Shown one piece after another: positions 11,068 to 19,978 of a stretch of DNA of 64,000 nucleotides. The notes beneath the pieces were generated by a model that worked only from the letters and a program-made list of their open reading frames with translations, was not told the DNA's origin and did not search any database. The first letter of the stretch is position 1. Each line of letters starts with the position of its first letter. Source of the stretch: a virus. The DNA lies in the IMG/VR virus record IMGVR_UViG_2788500300_000002, positions 34,321 through 98,320 of that record. One strand, written 5' to 3'. A program made the position numbers and the translations under genes.

Positions 11068-13113
11068 TCAGCCTATGAGTATTAAGCCGGCCTGATAGAC
11101 CGCGAACGTCACCAGCCACGCCACCGCGAGCTGAAAGAATGCGGCGAAGCCCATCCAGCTCCAGCTGTTCGACTCTTTGCGTATCGTGCTCAGCGTCGCC
11201 GCGCACGGTATGTAGAGCAGGCAGAACACCATCATGCAGTAGGCGTTCAGCCGCGTGAAGCCGATTGCCTGAAGCTCCTGGGCGAAAGCCGACATGCCGT
11301 CGGGGGAGCTGGCGTTGACGATGCCGAAGAGGACTGCGCAGCTCGACACGACGACTTCTTTCGCGGATATACCCGCGATCAGCGCGACGTCTATCTGCCA
11401 GAAGCCGAGGCCTATCGGCCTGAAGAACGGCGTGAGCAGCTTTCCTATAGAGGCCCCGAAGCTTTTGGACATGTCGGCGGAGTAGCCGTCAGGACCGAAG
11501 TTCAGCAGCGCCCATATGATAAGCGTAGCTACGAAAATCGTAGTCCCGGCCTTGCCGAGGTAATCCTTGACCTTTTCCCATACGTAAATCGCGACCGTTC
11601 TCGAGTCGGGCGTCTTATACTCAGGAAGTTCTATCAGCAGGTAGTTGACGTTGTTTTTCTTATCGATCAGGTGGATGACGGCGGAGACTGCGATAGCTAC
11701 GGCTATTCCGATCAGATACATAGAGTAGGCGACTATCATCGCGTCTTCGGCGAAGAACATTTCAGAGAAAAGGATGTAGATTGTCAGGCGGGCGTTGCAG
11801 CTCATGAATGGAGTGACGAGCATGACCTTATATCGGTCGCGTTCGTTCTCGAGCGCGCGCGATGCCATTATTGCGGGCACTGTGCAGCCGAAGCCGAGCA
11901 GCATCGGTATGAAGGCCTTGCCAGAGAGTCCAAGCTTGCTCATCACGTCTTCCATTACGTAGGCGACGCGCGCCATATAGCCGCTGTCTTCGAGCAGAGC
12001 GAGACAGAGGAACATTATAAGGATGTTCGGAAGGAAGGTCACGATGCTGCCGACGCCTGCGATTATCCCGTCTATCACGAGCGACGAGACGACCTCGCCC
12101 GCGCCTGCCGCGCCGAGCAGCCCTCCGGCTGCGCCTGATATCCAGTCGATGCCGGACTCGAAGTATCCCTTTATCCAGTCGCCGACCGTAAAGGTCAGGA
12201 AGAAAATGACGGCCATGAGCCCGAGGAATATCGGGATGCTCCACACCCTGCTCGTCAGTATTCTGTCGGCGTTTTCCGTGAGCATGTCCTGGCGTTCCTT
12301 GTGGAGCATGACTTCCTTGATGATTTCGCTGATGAAGTCGTATTTCTGATTTATGATGTCGGACTCGTAATTTCCATCCAGAACGTCCGGCATATCAACT
12401 GGATACTTCGCGCTTATCTCCTTGTCGCCCTCAAGCAGCTTCAGCGCGTGCCAGCGGTAGTTGACCAGATTTGGATACCGTCTTTTCAGCTCGGGGATGA
12501 TCTGGTCGATTTTGTCCTCGATGGCGTCTGAGTAGACCATGGCGAATTCCGAGTGGTGGTCGTGCTCGTGTTTTGAAGTATATTTGTGGATGTGTATCAG
12601 TCTGTCAGTAGTGTTGTGATCTTTGTGGTGTATAGCGGCGTGAAGAAGCACGTCGAGTCCGCGGCGTTTTCTCGCCGATACAGGTATTACGGGAATGCCG
12701 AGCATCTCCGGCAGCCTGTGGAGGTCGATCTCCATTCCGCGCTTTTCCACTATGTCCATCATATTCAGCGCCAGCACTACGGGACGCCCGAGCTCAAGCA
12801 GCTGGAGCGTCAGATAAAGGCTGCGCTCGAGCGCCGAAGCGTCTACGACGTTGATGACGACGTCCACCTCGCCGCTCATGATGAAGCTGCGGGATACGGT
12901 CTCCTCCATCGTGTACGAGGTAAGGCTGTACGTCCCTGGAAGGTCTACGAGCCGTATATCGACGTCGTGATCCTTGATAGCTCCCTCTACTTTTTCGACC
13001 GTGACCCCCGGCCAGTTCGCCACTTTGAGGTTGGCCCCGGTATAGGCGTTGAAAAGAGTCGTCTTGCCGCAGTTGGGGTTCCCTATGAACCCTATCGTCA
13101 TTTGTTCGCTCAT
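11068..13113 (-). CDS. feoB: Ferrous iron transporter B
   Basis: GNPNCGKT G1 box, DLPGTYSL, multiple TM gate domains. Confidence 0.95.
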   Translation of the reverse strand: MSEQMTIGFIGNPNCGKTTLFNAYTGANLKVANWPGVTVEKVEGAIKDHDVDIRLVDLPGTYSLTSYTMEETVSRSFIMSGEVDVVINVVDASALERSLYLTLQLLELGRPVVLALNMMDIVEKRGMEIDLHRLPEMLGIPVIPVSARKRRGLDVLLHAAIHHKDHNTTDRLIHIHKYTSKHEHDHHSEFAMVYSDAIEDKIDQIIPELKRRYPNLVNYRWHALKLLEGDKEISAKYPVDMPDVLDGNYESDIINQKYDFISEIIKEVMLHKERQDMLTENADRILTSRVWSIPIFLGLMAVIFFLTFTVGDWIKGYFESGIDWISGAAGGLLGAAGAGEVVSSLVIDGIIAGVGSIVTFLPNILIMFLCLALLEDSGYMARVAYVMEDVMSKLGLSGKAFIPMLLGFGCTVPAIMASRALENERDRYKVMLVTPFMSCNARLTIYILFSEMFFAEDAMIVAYSMYLIGIAVAIAVSAVIHLIDKKNNVNYLLIELPEYKTPDSRTVAIYVWEKVKDYLGKAGTTIFVATLIIWALLNFGPDGYSADMSKSFGASIGKLLTPFFRPIGLGFWQIDVALIAGISAKEVVVSSCAVLFGIVNASSPDGMSAFAQELQAIGFTRLNAYCMMVFCLLYIPCAATLSTIRKESNSWSWMGFAAFFQLAVAWLVTFAVYQAGLILIG

Positions 13114-13376
13114 TGTTCCGGTCTCACTTCGATGTTTCTTGTAATATTACGCCCGAGCGCGAAGCGCGTCCCGCGCAGCTTTATGATAAGAATGCCGTCG
13201 CCCTTCCTGTTAAGGACGGAGACGGACGTTTCTCTTGTCATCCCGAGCGCTTCTAGCCTGCGTTCAAGCTGAAAGGGCAAGGACATACTCTCAACGACGT
13301 ATGTCAGCCCGATTTGCGCGTCCTTCAAAAGCATATTTTCCCCCTCCTCAGAAAGTATGCAAAATTTTAGCAACAA
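13110..13376 (-). CDS. feoA: Ferrous iron transport protein A
   Basis: RRLEALGM...GTRFALGR motif; overlaps the feoB start. Confidence 0.9.
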   Translation of the reverse strand: MLLKFCILSEEGENMLLKDAQIGLTYVVESMSLPFQLERRLEALGMTRETSVSVLNRKGDGILIIKLRGTRFALGRNITRNIEVRPEQ

Positions 13377-13466
13377 CTTTCATTTTACATTGCATAAAAA
13401 CGGTAAGTCAATGATAACCGTTCGCCGCACGTCCGCAGCATACGGAGCGCGGCGTTAATTTTTCAC

Positions 13467-13495
13467 TTGCCTAAAAGTTGTTTGCAATGTAGAAT
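13467..13495 (+). promoter_or_regulatory. Sigma70-type promoter for tRNA-Leu
   Basis: TTGCCT-17 bp-TAGAAT. Confidence 0.65.
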
Positions 13496-13514
13496 GCTTC
13501 TAGCCTGTCGGCTT

Positions 13515-13598
13515 GCGGGAATGGCGGAATTGGCAGACGCGCAAGACTTAGGATCTTGTGTCTATGACGTAGGGGTTCAAGTCCCCTTTCCCGCACCA
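13515..13598 (+). tRNA. tRNA-Leu (anticodon TAG)
   Basis: GCGGGAATGGCGGAATTGG...CTTAGGA loop, long variable arm, GGTTCAAGTCCC, CCA end. Confidence 0.95.
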
Positions 13599-13639
13599 AT
13601 CATTCTGCTAAACTAATCCCAACTCCTTGAAACTCTAAT

Positions 13640-13676
13640 AAAAATCAGGTGATAGCCTGATTTTTGTGCTATTATA
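13640..13676 (+). terminator. Terminator after tRNA-Leu
   Basis: AAAATCAGG-TGATAG-CCTGATTTTT. Confidence 0.7.
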
Positions 13677-13808
13677 TCACCGCAACTCGTTGAAACTTGA
13701 TGAATCTAAACGAAGTAAAAAAACGGCACGAGGTCGGCACCAAACCAAACAGAACCCATATTTAGCTATTTTGTGCCGGGCCTATGTGCCGAGAGGTGGC
13801 GATGAATA

Positions 13809-15011
13809 GTGGCTCTGACTGAAAAAACGCTTGCAAAAGAGATAAAAAAAGCGATGGAATCCGGCAGGCGGGGCACCATCATGGACGAAGGAGGACTGTT
13901 TCTTGAGGTGTTCCCGCAGACCGGGCATAAGTCATGGCGGATAAGGTACTCTCTTCACGGAAAAGAGAAAAAGAAGAAAATCGGGGAATATCCGTTAATG
14001 TCGCTCAAAGAAGCGCGTGCGATACGTGACGAAGCTCGCGCGAAAATTCTACGCGGAATAAACCCCGAGACGCCGGACATAGAGAAAGTAAAGCTCAAAG
14101 ATGTCTATGCCGAGTGGATAGAAAAGCGTTTATGCAAAGAATGCACGCCAACGCACGTTTATAAAACCGGGCTGCGTATGAAGCGCGTGCTTGCTGAATA
14201 CGGCGAGTATCCGATCGGAGCGGTTACGAGCAGCGAGCTTGTCCGTGTGCTGCATGAAATCCAAGACGAAGGACACGTAGAAACGGCTCACATGGTGCGT
14301 CAGCTCTGCGGGCAGATGTTCCGTTACGCAATAGCGGCCGGATATACAAAATATGACCCGACATATGCGCTTCGCGGCGCGCTCACTAGAGTTGTGTCGA
14401 AGAATCTGGCGCGCATTACGGAGCCGGAGGAAGTCGGCCGGTTCCTACGAGATATACGGGATAGAGTTAATTCGCCCACAATGAAAATCATGCTGCAAAT
14501 GCACGCCTATACCTTTGTCCGTCCCGGAGAAATTCGGCGCGCCGAATGGAGTGAGTTTGACTTAAAACATAAAGAGTGGCGAATCCCTGCGGAAAAAATG
14601 AAAATGCGCCGCCCTCATATCGTCCCGCTCGCTAGCCAGGTAATAGCCCTGCTTGATGACTTGCGCGTGATGACCGGGCACGGGCGCTATCTCTTTCATG
14701 GTTTATGCTCATGGGACGGCTCGCGGTGTATTTCAGAAGGAGCAGAGAATAAAATCCTGCGGGAACATGGGTACGGGCATGATGTCATGGTAGCTCATGG
14801 CTTCCGCGGCATGGCCTCGACGTTACTTAACAGCTCGATGCTGTTCCGCCCAGATGTGATAGAGGTGCAGTTGTCGCACATTGACCACAACACGGTGCGG
14901 CTGACTTACAACGACGCCGATTACATGGAACAGCGGCGCGTCATGATGCAGTGGTACGCCGACTATCTCGACTCGCTTAGAGACGGGACGCCTATACCGC
15001 CGAAGCCATAG
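13809..15011 (+). CDS. int: Tyrosine integrase with N-terminal arm-binding domain
   Basis: GGLFLEV...SWRIRY arm domain; RPGEI, HGFRG, LSH and TY catalytic motifs. Confidence 0.95.
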   Translation: MALTEKTLAKEIKKAMESGRRGTIMDEGGLFLEVFPQTGHKSWRIRYSLHGKEKKKKIGEYPLMSLKEARAIRDEARAKILRGINPETPDIEKVKLKDVYAEWIEKRLCKECTPTHVYKTGLRMKRVLAEYGEYPIGAVTSSELVRVLHEIQDEGHVETAHMVRQLCGQMFRYAIAAGYTKYDPTYALRGALTRVVSKNLARITEPEEVGRFLRDIRDRVNSPTMKIMLQMHAYTFVRPGEIRRAEWSEFDLKHKEWRIPAEKMKMRRPHIVPLASQVIALLDDLRVMTGHGRYLFHGLCSWDGSRCISEGAENKILREHGYGHDVMVAHGFRGMASTLLNSSMLFRPDVIEVQLSHIDHNTVRLTYNDADYMEQRRVMMQWYADYLDSLRDGTPIPPKP

Positions 15012-15236
15012 CTCGGCAAGTTACAGGCAAGTAAAAAATATCTGGACTATCACAGGACTTTAACAATGCCGCGCCGGAATTTGCTCCAGCGCGGCAAGTT
15101 AAAATCTGAATCCGGTCAACTAAATTCGGAAAATCCGAATTTTGTGGCGCAACTATCCGGGGTTACCGGATAGTTGAAGGCAGTGCCGCACATACTTACT
15201 GCGTGTATAATGATTATATATTTTGATAAGGATGTG

Positions 15237-15917
15237 ATGTGCGTGCCGTTTATCGAGACGGATTTAGTCAAGTTCATAGTCCTTGTAATTCCCGGCATAC
15301 TGGGGATGTGGGTATATAAGCCGTTTGTTTATCGAAGTGATGACCTTGAACACGAGAAACACGATATAACAATCGCGCTCATATTTGGGCTTTGCGGGTA
15401 CACGGCGGCTTGGGCAATGTCTTACGTTTGGCAGCCCGCACAACAAACCGGGGTGAGCTTGATAATATCCTCTGTAACATCAGTCGTGATAGCGACAGTA
15501 GTCGGGATATTCAGCCGTGAACTTGGACAACTTGCAAACAAGCCTGCTGCGTGGCACAGCAAGCTGCACAACCTTCCGGTAGACCATCCGGGTGGTCGAG
15601 CCGTCAGCGCGTTCTTTACAGACTTCTTTGACAAGATGCCGGACAGGTCGGAATATCGTGTTATCGCCAAAGTCTACCGGGTCGGAGAACCAGAGAAAGC
15701 CGTAATCGGGCCGTTGCTTGTTAAGTCTGACAAGTACAGAGAAATCCTGATAGACTGCTACCCGCCGCTTGATAGCGATTTTCTGGAAAAGAACCGCGCC
15801 CAAATATCAATATGGGCGCGGGCGGTGAATACAGACAGCGGCACGGTTACGGAGTTGGCCGCTTTCTACGGTAAGAAGCTGGACGAACTCTTTGAAGGGA
15901 AATACGAACTAATTTGA
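15237..15917 (+). CDS. Hypothetical membrane protein (accessory)
   Basis: Three N-terminal TM segments; own candidate promoter GTGCCG-17-TATAAT (15183-15211); start placed at ATG 15237. Confidence 0.55.
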   Translation: MCVPFIETDLVKFIVLVIPGILGMWVYKPFVYRSDDLEHEKHDITIALIFGLCGYTAAWAMSYVWQPAQQTGVSLIISSVTSVVIATVVGIFSRELGQLANKPAAWHSKLHNLPVDHPGGRAVSAFFTDFFDKMPDRSEYRVIAKVYRVGEPEKAVIGPLLVKSDKYREILIDCYPPLDSDFLEKNRAQISIWARAVNTDSGTVTELAAFYGKKLDELFEGKYELI

Positions 15918-16067
15918 GTTATCAGCTTCGCCGCTTTTCGCCTCCGTCTCGTTGTTCTTTGATGGTTCGGCAGTCGGCCTGTCCACGGGGACGCGAATTT
16001 TCGCGCTTACCGTCTGATGGTCATACGCCATCGTCGGGCTTTTCGGCTCTTTAGCTTTTTCGCTCAT
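15909..16067 (-). CDS. 52-aa hypothetical peptide
   Basis: Strong RBS AGGAGGTG then MSEKAKEPKSPTMAYDH...; stop overlaps the stop of the convergent gene. Confidence 0.55.
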   Translation of the reverse strand: MSEKAKEPKSPTMAYDHQTVSAKIRVPVDRPTAEPSKNNETEAKSGEADNSN

Positions 16068-16130
16068 AACTTCACCTCCTCACCACACTGAACAGCCCGG
16101 ACGTTCGCACCGCCCGGGCTGGTTTTGTTG

Positions 16131-16349
16131 TTACCTGTCTTTGTTTTCCTCCGCCGCTAGTTCTGGATACGTCTCCTTGAAAATCTCTTCCTCGATGTAG
16201 CGCAGCGCGCCCTCTCGCGTCTGGTACGGCCCGGCTGTATCCTTCGTGATGTGGTAGACGTAAAACCCCGCCGCGTGGTCTTTGCCGAACTGCTTCAGCG
16301 CCTGCTCTCCGTCAAGGTAGACGGTACGGTACTGCTCATATAGGGACAT
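16131..16349 (-). CDS. Hypothetical protein
   Basis: ORF with RBS in the leftward accessory operon. Confidence 0.55.
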   Translation of the reverse strand: MSLYEQYRTVYLDGEQALKQFGKDHAAGFYVYHITKDTAGPYQTREGALRYIEEEIFKETYPELAAEENKDR

Positions 16350-16351
16350 GG

Positions 16352-17206
16352 CTATGCCTTTTTTATTTCAACTTCGCCGCCGTTATTTTCAGCTGCTTCA
16401 CGTATCTGCTCGGCCTTTTCACGCGATACGCCGCGCGCTATCGTGGACGGCGTGTTGTCTACGGCTTCCTTCGCCTCGCGCATGCCTAGTTTTATAACGC
16501 TTCGCATAGCTTTTATAAGGTTGATTCGTTCATTAAAATCAGTACTATGCTCGGTTAATATTACGTCGAAAAGCTCGTCATGCTGGGGTATTTTTTCTGG
16601 CGCTTTTGATGCCGAAGAAGAATTACTGTCTAGCAGTCGGGCTTTTGCTTTCGCAAACTCTTCCTCAGTAAGCGCCCCCGCATTCTTAAGCGCCGCGAGC
16701 TGCGCAAGCTGTCCGGCTAAATCCGACGAAGGCGCGGAAGGCTGCGGCTGCTGTACCGGCTCATCGTCTTCGTAGTCGTCCTCATCGTCGTTGCGATGGC
16801 GGCCTTCGTAAAAATCAAAGTTCCGGTCTACACCCTGAGAGTTTAGAATTAAATCTTGCAGCATTGTAAGCACATCGCCGTCAACGACAGCGACACATTC
16901 TTTATTGTCGCTGAACGTAATCATAACTTGGTGAGTCTTTTTGTTCTTGGCAGATAGAGCCGCCGCAATTCCGACACCGCCGAGCAACACAACCCCAGCG
17001 CCGCCTCGCAGAAGAGCAGAAGACGCGCTCTTTGTCGTGTCTGTGTCGATGATGCCGACCTTCCGCACAGTCTGACGGTTTAATGTAAAACGCTTCGCGC
17101 CGAAAAGTTTTTGCTCTTCAAGACGTAACTCCTTAGACATTATGCCGCGAATCACTAACTTTGCGCCTTTATAAGCGCCCGCAGTTACGACATTCTTGTC
17201 TGCCAT
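16352..17206 (-). CDS. SHOCT-like plus ribosomal protein L7/L12 C-terminal-like domain protein
   Basis: LAQLAALKNAGALTEEEFAKAKARLL (SHOCT); FDVILTE...INLIKAMR...LGMREAKEAVDNTP...REKAEQIREA...GGEVEIK (bL12 CTD). Confidence 0.75.
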   Translation of the reverse strand: MADKNVVTAGAYKGAKLVIRGIMSKELRLEEQKLFGAKRFTLNRQTVRKVGIIDTDTTKSASSALLRGGAGVVLLGGVGIAAALSAKNKKTHQVMITFSDNKECVAVVDGDVLTMLQDLILNSQGVDRNFDFYEGRHRNDDEDDYEDDEPVQQPQPSAPSSDLAGQLAQLAALKNAGALTEEEFAKAKARLLDSNSSSASKAPEKIPQHDELFDVILTEHSTDFNERINLIKAMRSVIKLGMREAKEAVDNTPSTIARGVSREKAEQIREAAENNGGEVEIKKA

Positions 17207-17215
17207 TTTTTTATA

Positions 17216-18307
17216 CTAGCCTTTCTTCTCGGTGCTCTCGGCTACATATCTGGTGGCTGTGGCAATGAGCGCATCGGCAAAATTGTATATGTCGTCAAGG
17301 GTTTCTATGGTATGGCGAACGCCTTCTTTGCTTTCCTCAAAAGTATCTATTGATTTTGAACGTTTCTGGATACGGATACGGCAGATTGTCCACTTCTGTC
17401 TATCATCAAGACAGACACTACAATGCCCTTTATAATCGTGTAGTATCAGCCGATTGACGGGGGCGGTTTTACAAAGGATAGCCTTGACTATATTGTAAGC
17501 ATCTATTTCTTCTTGTGTCGTAACTATTTCGTCCTCACTTTCTGGCTGTTCTGGCTCTTGTGGAGTTTCTTCTTTTGCCTTTGAAGCATCTTTTTCTTCT
17601 TTTAGCGCGGAGGTTAGCCTATCGCTCACGCGCTCGCTGATGAACTGTCCAAATGCCCGTTTGGTTATATTTGTAAACTTTTCCATGAGTCCAGACGTAA
17701 GCCGCCCATCATAGACCTTACGGGACATGAACTTTACAAACTCATCATTCGGCTCATTAAGCATATCAAGTAAATACTTTTTGAGTTCGTTCGTATATTT
17801 CAGTTCTTCAGCGGCGGGAATAATGGAATCAATGTCAAAAGAGCTTTTGCAGAACTTTTTCAGCTCACGTATAACGGCGTCATTTACTTCGTTGATGTTA
17901 AATTTTAAGAAAGGTTTATTATCGAGCTTCTGCGCTTCATCAAGATCTGAATAAAATTCATAATCTACGCCATTGGTCAACACGCCGATACGAGCAGGAA
18001 CAACCATGAAATAGCGCGCGAGCTGTGCTCTGTTGTCAGCCGTTAAATCTGTACCAGTCCACTTACATTCAATGAGCATAATCGGCGCGCCGTCTTTCAT
18101 AATAGCGTAGTCGATTTTTTCGCCTTTCCTATCCACGATGTCCGCAACAAACTCAGGTACGACTTCGGAGGGATTAAATACGTCGTAGCCCAGCGCTTGA
18201 ATAAAGGGCATGACGAGAGCGGTCTTTGCAGCCTCTTCGGTCTGGATGCTTCCTTGCATCTGTTTGTAGCGTTGTGCAATTACCTTTATTGAATCTATTA
18301 GCTCCAT
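17216..18307 (-). CDS. Type I restriction HsdR N-terminal-like nuclease domain protein
   Basis: EEAAKTALVMPFIQALGYDVFNP.EV.PE, KIDYAI, LIECK and GVLTNG motifs. Confidence 0.8.
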   Translation of the reverse strand: MELIDSIKVIAQRYKQMQGSIQTEEAAKTALVMPFIQALGYDVFNPSEVVPEFVADIVDRKGEKIDYAIMKDGAPIMLIECKWTGTDLTADNRAQLARYFMVVPARIGVLTNGVDYEFYSDLDEAQKLDNKPFLKFNINEVNDAVIRELKKFCKSSFDIDSIIPAAEELKYTNELKKYLLDMLNEPNDEFVKFMSRKVYDGRLTSGLMEKFTNITKRAFGQFISERVSDRLTSALKEEKDASKAKEETPQEPEQPESEDEIVTTQEEIDAYNIVKAILCKTAPVNRLILHDYKGHCSVCLDDRQKWTICRIRIQKRSKSIDTFEESKEGVRHTIETLDDIYNFADALIATATRYVAESTEKKG

Positions 18308-18326
18308 CTCGGCACCTCCTATAAAA

Positions 18327-19256
18327 TTAAAAAGCCCTCGGCGGCTTGTTTTTTCTTATTATTGATACGACTTTACCTCTTACCCAAAACCACTCTTTTT
18401 GCGTTGCGTATTCTTTCTCTATCCGTATAGGTGCGTATGCAGGATTTGCTGAGCGTAGCTCGACTGAGCCGTCCGGGAACCACATTACCCACTTTATAAA
18501 CCAGTTATCGTTCCAGACGACAAGAGCCATTTCTCCGCTTATTACTTCGTCAGCAGGATTTACGACTGCGATACACCCTTCATCAAGGCCTGCTCCTACC
18601 ATGCTCTCGCCTTCTATGTGTATTCCGAAGGGCGGGTCTAGATCGTCGTAATGCTGTATGTCCGATGGGTCGATATACACAATATCGTTCGGCGTAGCTT
18701 CCACTCCGTACAGCCCGGCACCTGTCCCACAGCTTGCTATAAACTCCATGCTGGTTACGGGGACGGCGATGGTCTTGACTTTTCTAACGTTTGATTTTTC
18801 TTGAGGCTCTTTGTATTTCAGCCTCGGCCTCCACCCCATAGACTCCATAGCCTGCGTGATGATACGCATACGCCCGCCTGCTGGTTCTATCTCGCCTTTG
18901 GCATAGCGCTCAATATCCTCGCGCGGAATGTTGGTGCGATTTGCAATCTCGTCGAGGCGTGCTACGTCTTCTTCAATAAATTCGCGCAGCATGGCGGCGA
19001 ATACTGGCGAGGCGTTGCGAGGGTGGTCTGTCACGCCCATCAAATAATCTGTGCTTACATCAAAGACCTTGGCAAGTCTTTGAGTTGTTTCAAAGCCAGG
19101 CTTTTTCAACCCTTTCTCGTATTTTGAAATCATTACCTGAGCAACCCCGACCAAATCGGCAAGTTGCTTTTGTGTCATGTTATTGGACTCTCGTAAGGCT
19201 TTTAATCTTTCTGCGACAGAAAACATATACAACACCACCCTGACATTATAGCCCAA
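18327..19256 (-). CDS. cI: CI-like repressor (XRE HTH plus S24 peptidase)
   Basis: N-terminal HTH; GESM serine and FIKW lysine of a LexA-type autocleavage domain. True start may be ATG 19229. Confidence 0.9.
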   Translation of the reverse strand: MGYNVRVVLYMFSVAERLKALRESNNMTQKQLADLVGVAQVMISKYEKGLKKPGFETTQRLAKVFDVSTDYLMGVTDHPRNASPVFAAMLREFIEEDVARLDEIANRTNIPREDIERYAKGEIEPAGGRMRIITQAMESMGWRPRLKYKEPQEKSNVRKVKTIAVPVTSMEFIASCGTGAGLYGVEATPNDIVYIDPSDIQHYDDLDPPFGIHIEGESMVGAGLDEGCIAVVNPADEVISGEMALVVWNDNWFIKWVMWFPDGSVELRSANPAYAPIRIEKEYATQKEWFWVRGKVVSIIRKNKPPRAF

Positions 19257-19345
19257 TAATAGCCTACGGTTTTAAGAGAATCAAATACCCTTTGATTATA
19301 AATATAGCCTTAGGGTTTGACACAAATAAAACCTAAGGCTATAAT
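19247..19345. promoter_or_regulatory. cI/cro switch: PR promoter and operator inverted repeat
   Basis: TTGACA(19317)-17-TATAAT(19340); 12-bp inverted repeat TATAGCCTTAGG (19303) / CCTAAGGCTATA (19332); extra ATAGCC half-sites at 19248 and 19259. Confidence 0.8.
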
Positions 19346-19372
19346 ATGCCCAGTGAGTAAGGGGGTGATTGA

Positions 19373-19624
19373 ATGGCATTTAGAGGGGAACTATTAAAGA
19401 CGTGGAGAATGTCTCACGGCCTTACCCAAGCAGAAGCTGGTGCAAGAATCAATGTTAGTCAGAATTTTTGGCGGAACCTTGAGACAGGCATAAAACAGCC
19501 ATCCGTAGACACATTGGTTCTAATTTCCCAAACCACGGGCATCTCAGTAGACGATCTTCTCGGAAACCCTACCCAGCCCCTGCCCACGCAGGAGCCGGAG
19601 CAGGGGGAACGGGAGGCGGTGTAG
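19373..19624 (+). CDS. cro: Cro-like XRE HTH regulator
   Basis: LTQAEAGARINVSQNFWRNLETG HTH, divergent from cI. Confidence 0.85.
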   Translation: MAFRGELLKTWRMSHGLTQAEAGARINVSQNFWRNLETGIKQPSVDTLVLISQTTGISVDDLLGNPTQPLPTQEPEQGEREAV

Positions 19625-19978
19625 CCGCGCTCGCGCGTATGCCGGGGCTGCTGCAAGCAACGGCAGAGTTCCATGACGCGACGGACGAGGGCTCGGAAGT
19701 CGCTTCTCTCACAGCAGGGATAGTGACAGGGCAACTCGGCACAGCGGAGCGGGAAGCGATACGTAAGCTCGGCAAGCTCGCGGCAGAGGCGGCGGGATTT
19801 CTGAGCAGCCTCGGGACACCTGAGGCACAGGCGGCTATCTCGGTGGTACTAACCAGCCTCGGCGTTTGCTAGAGGCGGGAAAGAACCTTGAAAACAGAAT
19901 AACGGAATCAAGTTGCTGATTAGTAGTTATTAGCAGTGATTAGGAGCGATTAGAAGAGATTAGCAAGGAGGTGAGTCC

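Noticed and set aside
13405-13425. AATGATAACCGTT as a Fur box upstream of feoA
   Set aside because: Only a partial match, with no clear second half-site.
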